This document shows, one piece after another, positions 53,294-64,000 of a stretch of DNA of 64,000 bases. Source of the stretch: Antedon mediterranea (lineage: Eukaryota; Animalia; Echinodermata); assembly GCF_964355755.1 (NCBI RefSeq), contig NC_092677.1:642101-706100 (forward strand). Direction: 5' to 3'. Position numbers and translations under genes: made by a program. Position 1 is the first letter of the stretch, and the number at the start of each line of letters is the position of its first letter. Below the pieces are notes generated by a model. That model was given only the letters and a program-made list of their open reading frames with translations, had not been told where the DNA came from and did not search any database.

Positions 53294-56200
53294 ATGATGC
53301 TATCAAGGCAGGATATTTATTTGCATATCTTTCTTTTAAGCTGTAAGTATAATTGAATAGGTTCCATTTTATTTCGTACTACTAGCCTACTCAATGTATT
53401 ATCTGGTAGTTTAAAACATAATTCTAATCAACAATGCTATAAGAACGACACAAAGATTCCATCACCATTTCATGCTTTATGCTTTTATAACCAAACTGAG
53501 TCAATTAATTCAGCTAAATGTTTAATTATCACCTAAAACTACGTAGATCTTTATAATTCTGTACATAGTAAATTTTATTGGAATTTTATATCGTCTTTAT
53601 TTATCAGTAAATTAAAAACCAAACCCACACATCATATTCCTTTTGGGAGGGTGAATATGTATATTAATTAAGTAAATTCTCTTTTATTTGATTTTATCTT
53701 GATATTTTTCATATTAATTAAATAAGTTTTCAGTTTATTATAATAGTCAAATACTACCTTACTTAATGTTTATTATAGGCCTATAAAAAATTGTATTTTG
53801 TATCCGTTCTGTATTTGCATGTTATCCCTCCTAATATTATTGTTATTATATTGGTAAATTAATGTTGCTGTTGGTTTAGGTTTTGAAATAAAACAAATAC
53901 ATAAATAAAAACATTTTCTTGTGGACCATATCACATTCTTAAAGTAAAAAAAACATTAATAGTTGAACCATTACATTTTTGTTTAACACAATTCAGCCTT
54001 ACGAAAATGTTCCGCAGTAACAGTGACTGTTGATGACGTAGATGTAGCTGAAGGATCTGAAGCAAGAATAACATGTAACATTGTACCAGCTAGCAGTGGA
54101 GCTGATCCTACTGTTAGATGGAGTAATGTTACCAATGGTGTAACGGATACAATAGCAACTTATCAGGGTGGATTTGGTGTAATAGAACCTGGATACAGTG
54201 ACAGATTTAGTGTTGAAAATGACATCACTCTTGTAATTGATAACACTCTCAGAAGTGACAGTGGCACATATGAATGTAGTGTCACTTTAGTTGGAGATAT
54301 TCCTGCAGATGATAATGATATATGCACCCTGACTGTTCACTGTAAGTAAATCGTTTTATTAGTACATGTGTATGCATACTGTAACATAACTAAATTACAA
54401 ACTGGGGTGGTTTGAAAAGTAAAAGGATACTCTCTTAATGTAAACGAGTGATATTTCCACTCCAAATTTAGAGTGAAATGATGTTCACTCTTGAATGAGT
54501 GTTAATCCACTCCAATTTGAGCGACTGCCATAATTATTAAGCATAAAACGTACCACTCCTTCAACGAGTGTGCATGTATTCCCGCTCGAACTGTAAACAC
54601 CCACCACTTGACTCCGGGAGTGAAAACTTTTGATCGAGTCAGCCAATCAAATGCAAGCATTTCATAACTTTTCATCGTCTTCGCCCGCGCCCAGGCCGGC
54701 CGATTGACTGTTTCTCTCTCTTTCTCCCGCCGCCGCATTCCAACGAGATGGAGGAATTTTTACACCAGATATTTGGTGAACAAGATCAACATTTAATCAG
54801 GATATTTAATGGTAAATTTACATTTAAAATGTAGCTTTTGTTACCGTGTATTGTAGAAATGATTATATTGTTTTGTAATATGTTTTATTTGCGTGTGAAT
54901 CCTGGTGTGCTAACGCCTAGCCTACTACTACTAGCTAGCCTAGCTAGGCCTAGTAGGAAGGGTGCTGGCAACGCGTACCCAAACCAACTCGTCCCCACCA
55001 TATGCTAACTCGTATCTAGCCTATAGGCGGACCCATACCCAAATTGTTTTGGCATGGGTACGGTACGACGAGTTGACCTGTCTTTATTGTTTTCACTTTA
55101 TTCAACCACTCTTTATTAATTATTATAGACCCGGCTAGGCTACACACATGATATTTACAAATTTCACTTATTATTAAAATAAAACGGTTTTTTTTGTGGC
55201 CGTAACGAACAATGCGCATAGGCCTAGGCCGGATGGCCCTCTGCTGCGGCCTTATTATTTACTAGGCCCAGGCCCTCCTAGGAGCCTGTTGTAGACCTAG
55301 CCTATTCTAGTAGGCCTAGGCCTAGGCCTATGCCTAGCTAGGCCTAGGCTAGGTAGCTAGGATACTAGGCCTATATTCTGAGAAATTTATGAGTAAAATT
55401 GTACTAATTTACTCATTCAACTTTACTTTGATTCTGTGAATCATTTCTCATAGGATATAAAATAAATATTTAACAAAATAAATTTCAGAAAATTTTAGGT
55501 TGATTAGCCTAGGCCCCTACAGTAGTAATATTTTCAATGTTTCAGATTAACTTGGAATTTGAACTGATGTATTCAGGATGCGGATTCAAAATGTTAATCA
55601 AATGGAAGCCATATTACCATCCCAAGTTTGTGCAGATGCATAAATCAAAACTCAGTAAGTTTATAAAGAGTGTTAATTCTTACCTGTTTTATTTAATAAC
55701 TTATTTACACTAATAGGAAGATGTTTTTCCCAACTCTGACGTAATGTGTACCGAATATTCAATACATTTGAAAACAATTGCGAAAAAATATGCAAGTTCT
55801 TGGGTGGAAATCCACAGCCTCCAGATCATCAGGCCTCTAGACCACCGAGCTTGCGCTGATGGCTGGGGTTGAATTCGAGCCCAAGTAAGCAGCAGGAACT
55901 GTACCAACGATGATAATTGTTGTTAATTGCGTAACAACAAAGTTTTTGCGTCAGGGAATACACTCTTCCCTGTTTATACATCGATATAAAACATTACATT
56001 GTAAAGTGTATTGATTGATTAAAACAAGCACGAATGTGCAATACTCGGGGTACAGCGAAAGAAGCTGTATACAGACGTATACAGTTAGAAAGTTAAAGAA
56101 AAATAGGTTTCGCCAGGGCTCGAACCGGGACCTTCTGCGTGTTAAGCAGACTTGACAACCACTACACTACGAAACCTCTTACATTGAAATTGTGGGTTAC

Positions 56201-59200
56201 AGAAAGTTTTTTAATCCATTTAAATTACAAATAAATGGTAATAAGCACAAAGCAAAATAAACATGTGTAAAAGTGATAATTACCGATTACACAAAATAAG
56301 TATTTTAAAAAATAATAATAAGATATACTGTGTATAATTATCATATTGCGTATACAGTACTTTTCACCATAAAGTTTAAAAAAAAAGGTTTAGCCCGGGC
56401 TCGAACCAGGTACCTTCTGCGTATTGAGCAAACGTGATAACCACTACGCCAAGAAGCCGCATATAACCATATAACTACATAACTCTGTGGTGTGTGTCAC
56501 ACATTGTGGATTCTTAATTAAACAAATTAATTAACAAAAAATTAAAAATCCGGCTCTATAGCTTTGAGGACATGTCCCTGTAGTATGTTCATGCCAAATC
56601 CCAGCTCAATACTACAACTAATAAGGGAGGAGTAGTACTTTAAAAATCGCACTTTTTACTCAATAGTGTCCAGATGGTGGAGGAGAAAATGAGTAAGTAC
56701 TAGACTCGGGTACCCCGAGTAAAAATATACAATAACCTTAGTAAATTTTAAATAAAAAGATGGTTTACAAAATGCTAAAAACAGAAACAAGCAATTACTG
56801 TAACTTTAAGTGCATTTACTGTTTTTGCAGATGATCTGGATGTGTTCAGAACAATTACCATCAATATCAAGAGGTGGGAAAAGCAAAGTCTACGATGCTT
56901 TTCATTACATTTTACAACACAAGCCAGTGAGTACTTGTTAAACGTTTTTATAATTCCATCATTAAATTGCAATAGATCTATACAAAATTTGTGTTTCATT
57001 CTTTGTAAAATACTCTTAGTATATGCAAATATTATATCTCAAAATTGAAACACAGTATGTGATTATACATTAAATGAGCCCCAATAAAATTTCATCTTCT
57101 CCTTTACTTCTCACAAGATTACTGTTGTATAAAATACCCTTTTCACAGCAGCATAATTTTGTATCTGGAGATCAAACCTGGTTAAAAACGATTTATTTTC
57201 TGCATACGTGGAAATGTGGAAGTTAAATAAGAAAAGAAGGAAGGCAACTGGGAAATGCCTTTAGCTCACACATTTTGTAAACTTGTAATGTGCAGTATAC
57301 CAAATTGAAATTTAAACCATCTGATCAAAAACAAGCGTGCATTGTTGATCAGTATATTGACAAGGTGATTAAAGATACAAAATTGTAGTGTTTATTATGT
57401 GATAAATAATAGACTAAAGTACGGAGGATTTGTGATAAATTTATATTTTTCAGCTTTTTATACTGTATTTTTATATTTTTCAGGCTGGGACAGATGTTGA
57501 CAGCTTTGCATCAGGAAAAGACCAGACTTATGCACAGCCATTTATCCTTGCATTGGGTGATGTTAAAGAACCTACAGAGTTTTTTTTATTATTGTTGATG
57601 CATTCCTGGTAGTAGCGCAATTTTTAAAATTCATTATAATTATATTTAATGTCCATTTGCCAGTCCGCTTGTGACCTTTTTCAATTTCTTTGAAGGTCTC
57701 TTATACGAAATTACAACAAACATCAAACCAACTGTTAGGGAGTTATATTCCCATCTTATTCGCGATGATGAGTAACTGTGATGAAATGTTTTTGATGAAT
57801 TAAATTACCTCTTAATTATGCATTATGTATAGAGAAGAGATTTGCTTTTCAAAATAAACAAATTAATATAGCTCAATGTCGGTTTCATTTATTTGGTTGT
57901 GCACAATTGTGTTTTAAATGCATGTTTTTAAGGCTACTACCAAGTTTGGGATCTCAGAAGCAGCCTTGCAGACAGAAGATACAAGTAGAACAAGAATATG
58001 CTAAAAATACCACTCCTAAAAAAGAGTGGTTTCCTTTCACTCTTTTATGAGTTGATTATTTTCACTCTTTTTGAAAGAGTGGGTCACTTTCACTCTTTTA
58101 TGAGTGTATTATTTCCACTCTTGTTTAAAGAGTGATGAAAATGTTCACTCTTTTTAGAGTTGGTTTCACTCACTTTAGAGTGATTTGGTGACCACTCTTT
58201 TTTTCACTCCAAAACGAGTTGTCCCTCAGTTAACTCTTTGAAAGAGTGGAAGTTCACTCTAGTTTGAGTGGTTTCTCACTCTTTTACATTAAGAGAGACA
58301 ACACGTTTATACTCCACTGAAATTCATCTGGATTCTTTCCTACCCCTGGAAAACGAAGAAGACGAAGAAGAAAAAGCAGACGACGACGACAACAACAATA
58401 ATATAGATTATTTCTTAAATGTTATAGATTTAGATAAACCTGTAATTATCTTTACGACACTTGTAACTGAAGGAGATAAAGTCGTCATGACCTGTGTTGT
58501 GGATTCTAGTCCAGAAGCTATGTGCAACTTTATAAAAGATGATGACGTACTACCACACATTGGTTCGTGTACATTTACAATTCCATCAGTAAGTCGTACT
58601 GATGATGGACGTTATGAGTGCGAGGCGGATAATGGTGTTGGTAACAAACAGAAAAGTGACAATAGAAACCTAGATGTACTATGTACGTATACAATGATAA
58701 TTTCATGTTTTTGGAATAATATTCATTTAGTTGGAGATTCATTAATGTTTGCATTTGGGATGTTCCGGGATGTAATCATGGCCGGACAAAATATAGGTTT
58801 TATACTTTTCCAACAATAATTTACCTACATTTAGGTATAAAAAATTAAGTATATAAAATCAACAACTTTTTTTTTTTTTCTATTTTAGATAAGCCTGAGG
58901 TTAATTTAAATGATCAGATTGTTTCTCCTGGTGAGACTTTTACAATAACATCTACTGTAACAGCTAATCCTTCTGATGTCACTTATCTATGGACTACTGA
59001 TCTTCCTGGAAATGAAGATGTAGTCAAGAATGGACCAACATTTACATTGAAAGTATCGGAATTAGAAGTTGATGGCACTGTTTATTTGGTTAATGTGACA
59101 ATTATGAACATCATTGGAACAACAACGGATTCAGCTAAACTTACAATATCTGGTAAGAATTTAAGTGAAATTAAAACTTTGAGGAATATGTTCGATTTAT

Positions 59201-61511
59201 TATCTACTGGATATAACTCTGAACTGTAATTATGATTTTGTACTATAACTCTCTAAGTTGTGATACCATACTATTTTATAGAATACATATCTATAATATA
59301 ATCTTAATTAATTTCCTGAAACGTAATTTTTTTACAATAGTAATAAAGCATGATATGAGTAATGAAATCTGATTGATGGACTTGTTATTGCAGGTACATA
59401 ATAGTGATTAACTTGTGATTTTTCTAAAACATAATTATAAATAAATTGTTAAGCATGTGATTGTCACGATTTGTTGCCCACATTTGGGTTGAAAACATAA
59501 TAGTACTATTATAGAATCATTATCCGTCGATCTAATGATTGTGCTAATTTATACCGTACTGTAATAACTATACAAAAGCAGTTATTCAGGAATCTGAAAA
59601 GTTTTAATTAATTAATTAATGATTAATGACATTGATCAAGATTATCTTTTAATTATCTAATATTTAATTATTTATTTTTCACTACTTTTATAATGAGTTC
59701 ATTATTTAATATTGAATAATACATTATGTCCATATTAATTCATGTCTTAAAATACAGAATAACAATTTATTTTTCTATGATTTATTGCCATGAAAAAAAA
59801 CCCCCAAAACTATTAAAAAGAATAATTAGGTTTTTAAGGAATACAAAAATCACAATACCGGTAAGCATTGTTAAATCAATTGCCACTGATTCTCTGAGTA
59901 TGTCTTCTTCACTTATCCGTTTAGATAATGTACATTTGCTTGTTTTGGCTGTATTTTTCAGTTACAAGCAGCATTAGATCAACGGTTTCAACAAATACCA
60001 CAATACTAATTACAGGTAAGCTTCGTTAATTATTTCAATTGAATTCATGTATGATACCAACCTTTCTTGTTAAAATCAAAACCCGAAGGAATTTATTTCC
60101 TTATTATTAAATTAGTATTCAAATCATTTAAAATGTCAAACTTTTTTAGTCTGAAGGACCCTGTTCCCGATATGTTCTAGTACTCTAGGCGTTGATTACA
60201 GTTCTGATGATGAGAAATGTATTCTCGAAACATGTCACGATTACGAGTTTTATTTTAATTAGGCCTATATAACATACTTACATGAGTTTTATCATACAAA
60301 TGGCAATGTGCTTACAACGACCAATTTCACAATATTGTACCAGATTTCGATAAACTGTAGGCCTACTTTGAAATTAATTTAAATATAACAAATGTTCTAT
60401 ACTATTTTTTTTTGTATTTTACTACTACATTTGATATTGAATTAACAAATGACCGAATTGATATATGCTAAAATAAATTAGTGAGATGTATGTATCACTT
60501 TTAGAGTCATGCAACAGTATTGGTCTGACCATTGGAATACTCTTTTTTGGCATCTTTATTGGTATCGTAGGATTGTATATTGGACAAATTATTCACAAAA
60601 AGATAAGGAAGGTTTGTTAATTGTTATGAAAACTTTACTTTAGTATTTTTATAATGCTACAAAACATGCAAACTTGTGACAATAATCGAAGACTCTCATG
60701 TGATACAAAGTAATATAATGGTAATGATTTCTAGTCAAATCTTTTGAAATAATTTACATGATGACATGATGGTTATTGTTGGTTTTCGATGAACACAATT
60801 TCTTTTCGAGGGAAAACGTATTCTATGATTTGCATCATTTTCCTTTAAAATATATTGAAATAAATAGAAAAATGAAAGGCATAGAGGATGACTACAGTAA
60901 TAACATAGTCCCCTAATTATTTCCATTTAGAAGTCGATGTCAAAGAAACAAAACGCAGACAAAAGGAAAGAAGATGTAAGTATTGATCTGTGAAATACAA
61001 TCTAAAGATGACAGACAAAACGATTCAAATAACATGATATATCACACTCATTGTTTAAAGAATAAACTAAATTAAAATGAGTGATTTAGTCTAATTTGAC
61101 TCCCGACTAAACGTACTGTTAAACTCTCTGGACCAAATAATTGTATTATTAAAAGATTTAATTGGTAGAACCATTGGAAAGAAAATTATTTTTTCTCATT
61201 AACGGCAAAATGGAAAATTCAAACTTAAATAGACCGGGTCTAATTTGATTCCGATTAAATGTAAGTCTACGTTTACAATTCCAATTTATTGTATTAAGAG
61301 TTTAGTACAATTCCTTTATTTGCCACAAGAAAAAATGGTTTCTGATTTAAGTTAACAATTATTTTCTTATTTACAGACTTACATGGATTATGTAGTAGAC
61401 CCTAGCCAGCAAAATCAAACCTATCAAGATTTACAATGCAGGCCTAACGAACAAGAATCGGCTTATGTTAATGTTAAGGCTGGAAATAAGAAAAAGAAAG
61501 CGAAAATATGA
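53294..61511 (+). CDS. Ig-superfamily receptor 5 (SP, IgV, Ig2, PKD-like, TM, tyrosine-motif tail), 399 aa
   Basis: Exons 53294-53342, 53997-54341, 58428-58682, 58889-59152, 60505-60611, 60931-60975 and 61377-61511 (1200 nt, open). Tail TYMDY..TYQDLQCRPNEQESAYVNV. Confidence 0.88.
56106..56176 (-). tRNA. tRNA-Val(AAC)-like sequence, probably a pseudogene carried in a repeat
   Basis: Reverse complement GGTTTCGTAGTGTAGTGGTTGTCAAGTCTGCTTAACACGCAGAAGGTCCCGGTTCGAGCCCTGGCGAAACC. Acceptor and anticodon stems pair; D and T stems have mismatches. Confidence 0.6.
56387..56458 (-). pseudogene. Second, more degenerate tRNA-Val-like copy
   Basis: Similar to 56106-56176, with broken stems. Confidence 0.55.
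60204..60236 (+). ncRNA. Minimal hammerhead-ribozyme-like motif (Penelope pLTR type), probably degenerate
   Basis: CTGATGA-T-GAGAA/ATGTA/TTCTC-GAAA-CATG-TC. Stem I pairing is poor. Confidence 0.4.
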
Positions 61512-61800
61512 ACAATCGAATACATAAAATGTAAGCTTTATTAACGCTTAAACAAGAATATTTATTGTACATCTATATAAGCATTGTTATGTTTTCTTTG
61601 ATGTGATCGAGTGGAATCATTGCATTCCGCCAAAATACATACAAGCAATTTATTATGGACACACACACACACGTTAATGCAATAGATTCTAATAATTAAT
61701 AATCTTATTAATAGAAATTACATTATTTAATTAATAGTAGTTAACTACAATTGGTGTTTAATTAATTTGTTTGTAATTATTATAGCACACTAATGGTCCT

Positions 61801-62220
61801 AACGGTCATTGTGTTTATCATCATCTTTTATTGTAACATTACTTAAAGTGTACCGTACGAATTGTGTCATATTACGTCATGGTTATAATTACTGCTTTGC
61901 CAATTAACGGTCATTGTGTTTATCATCATCTTTTACTGTAACATTACTTAAAGTGTACCGTACGAATTGTGTCATATTACGTCATGGTTATAATTACTGC
62001 TTTGCCAATTAACGGTCATTGTGTTTATCATCATCTTTTATTGTAACATTACTTAAAGTGTACCGTACGAATTGTGTCATATTACGTCATGGTTATAATT
62101 ACTGCTTTGCCAATTAACGGTCATTGTGTTTATCATCATCTTTTATTGTAACATTACTTAAAGTGTACCGTACGAATTGTGTCATATTACGTCATGGTTA
62201 TAATTACTGCTTTGCCAATT
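61801..62220 (+). repeat. 105-bp tandem repeat x4
   Basis: Units start at 61801, 61906, 62011 and 62116 and are nearly identical. Confidence 0.95.
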
Positions 62221-63114
62221 AGTTTAGGTTTAGTTAGGGTATACATTTTGATTTACTTAAAGTTAAGTGAAATTTTAATTTAGTTCAATCTAATGCTGCT
62301 TGTGTAAATTCATACACATATGTATACAACATTTGGTTGTTATTATTACAGTAATGATTAATTGTAATTATTTAAATGGTACTAAAGCTGTGATGACGTT
62401 ATTTGCAACTTGTTCTAAAAATGATAGGATTCTTTTATATCGAAATAGCCTTATTAGTTAATGATATACTTTAAACTCTTAATTGAGTTATATTCTGAAT
62501 TAAAATATCGGTAATATTAATTGTCTTGTTTCGTACTTTTACAATTCACTTTCTTCTTTTTTTTCTTTGTGTAAATTCTACAAAGGATCATTCATGCAGT
62601 AGGTTAAATATATTTATCTTAAGTAAGATAAATATATTTTGGTAAGCTAAAAGCCTCTATTATACCAATATTGTTATTTACATAGAAAAGTGCACGAACA
62701 TAGACATATAAGCGGAAACATTGTACGGTGTATTATTGCACCATAGCGGAAATAACAACATTTGACTAAGTATCGACTTAGGTATTACTAGACGGTATAC
62801 TAAGGACGATAATGAGACTTTTACTTCCTTGTAATCTAAATATTCTGTTTATGTGAAATGAACCATTGCTTCATTTAAATGCTCATACTTAGTTTTTAGT
62901 TAACATAAACCAGTATACTAGAAGTATTATGTGTAGGCCTATTTGTAATGGACCCTGACGTCACGCGGGAACTCATGTATATATTGCAATATGCCATAAA
63001 AAGCAGACGAGTGGGTTATGGGTCGAGGAAACAGTTAATAATAATATAAATAATATTTATAATAAATAAATAATTATATATAAATCCAAAGGCAAGTTAC
63101 TGAAAATAATGACA

Positions 63115-63250
63115 ATGCTGTTGGTATCAGTGGTTGGATCTCAATGAGATACAAAATAAAAAAAAGCTAAAAGCTAAATAAAAACGATAAAGTAAAACAG
63201 GCAGACAAATTAGAAGAGCTTTCGGGAAACACTAGCCCTTCATCAGTGCA
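63115..63250 (-). mobile_element. Penelope pLTR-like remnant with a CTGATGA..GAAA core
   Basis: Reverse complement CTGATGAAGGGCTAGTGTTTCCCGAAAGCTC. 63115-63148 resembles 42486-42520. Confidence 0.45.
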
Positions 63251-63314
63251 AATATATATATATATATATATATATAAATCAAACTTATTTAAATTTAACT
63301 TATTTGATCTTGAT

Positions 63315-63320
<6 letters not shown>

Positions 63321-63388
<68 letters not shown>
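63321..63388. repeat. (AT)n microsatellite
   Basis: Pure AT run; a shorter run lies at 63252-63275. Confidence 0.95.
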
Positions 63389-63396
<8 letters not shown>

Positions 63397-64000
63397 GTAA
63401 TCTGGTATTACATATAAGCCTAGCATAACAAAAGATCAGGCCTACTGTATTTGTTTACGTACCTAGGACTCTGACTCGAGTTTGACTCATTAACTGGGAC
63501 GAGACTAATTGTCACGCATTACCAAGATTAACGATTGGTTTGCCGTTTAAATTGACAACGATGTGACGGGTAGTAACACCTTCTGTGCTCATAAACTGTT
63601 CTAAAAAGCCACAAAATAGAAGGATAGAAAGTTAAAAAGGCCATATACATGGTTGCAGTCGCGTGCTCAAGTTAGTGTTTACCAACCGACCGACATAGTG
63701 GGGTGTAGAGACTAAAACAGAAATGGAAAATATGCGAACAGTAGAAGCGGTTTAATAACCTTATGATCAAACAATGAAGATCTACGTTCAACCATTAAAA
63801 AAAATGATATCATTAATTAAAATGACCATATCCTGTATTATACATTAATATAATAAATGATTATTTACCTCTACCATCAATGTTAGTACTGCATGTCACT
63901 TTTCTATTGAGTAAAGGACTATACGTGTGCCTTAAGTAAACGCTTGCATGTAATTCAGAACTACAGATAACAACAAGACAAATAGTACAATACCACCAAT

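Larger units (their letters stand above)
54430..58297. mobile_element. ~3.9-kb EnSpm/CACTA-like DNA transposon in the V-Ig2 intron of gene 5
   Basis: TIR CTCTCTTAATGTAAA(C/A)GAGTGA and many subterminal GAGTG/CACTC repeats. Decayed exon 57484-57775 (QPFILALG..FKIHY..FFNFFEGLLYEI) resembles the accessory ORF of animal EnSpm elements. Absent from the paralogous intron of gene 4. Confidence 0.7.

Noticed and set aside
11213-54341. V(D)J-type rearranging locus
   Set aside because: Each V exon is complete through strand G and has its own splice donor. I saw no RSS heptamer/nonamer pairs or J segments.
58268-58427. Acidic N-terminal extension of the 183-aa ORF
   Set aside because: It is intronic (GAA/GAC/AAC)n sequence plus the transposon end; the true exon starts at the AG at 58427.
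63246-63428. 60-aa IYIYIY ORF
   Set aside because: It is a translation of the (AT)n microsatellite.

Overview
AT-rich, intron-containing animal genomic DNA, probably from a marine invertebrate; the taxon cannot be fixed from the sequence alone. Bases 1-9571 are a stack of minus-strand CR1/L2-type LINE retrotransposons nested inside one another and partly duplicated in tandem. The rest is a cluster of paralogous immunoglobulin-superfamily membrane receptor genes, which I assembled by hand from splice sites. Their layout is signal peptide, V-set Ig, I/C2-type Ig, cysteine-less PKD/Ig-like domain, glycine-rich TM helix, and a short tail carrying YMDY, TYQDL and SAYVNV (ITAM-like/ITIM). Two genes are complete (10788-14447 and 53294-61511). 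Two are complementary halves that could splice into one 660-aa chimera (15811-19684 and 34121-37387). One is inverted and has no recognisable TM or tail exon (48386-49969). V-domain differences cluster on the predicted ligand-binding face and look mosaic, and a perfect NF-kB site lies upstream of two copies. This makes the locus a candidate diversifying invertebrate immune or allorecognition receptor cluster. Introns and spacers hold Helentron-like, Helitron, Sola-like, EnSpm-like, Harbinger and Penelope elements and P-element-type excision footprints. All gene models and family assignments come from manual reading, not database searches.
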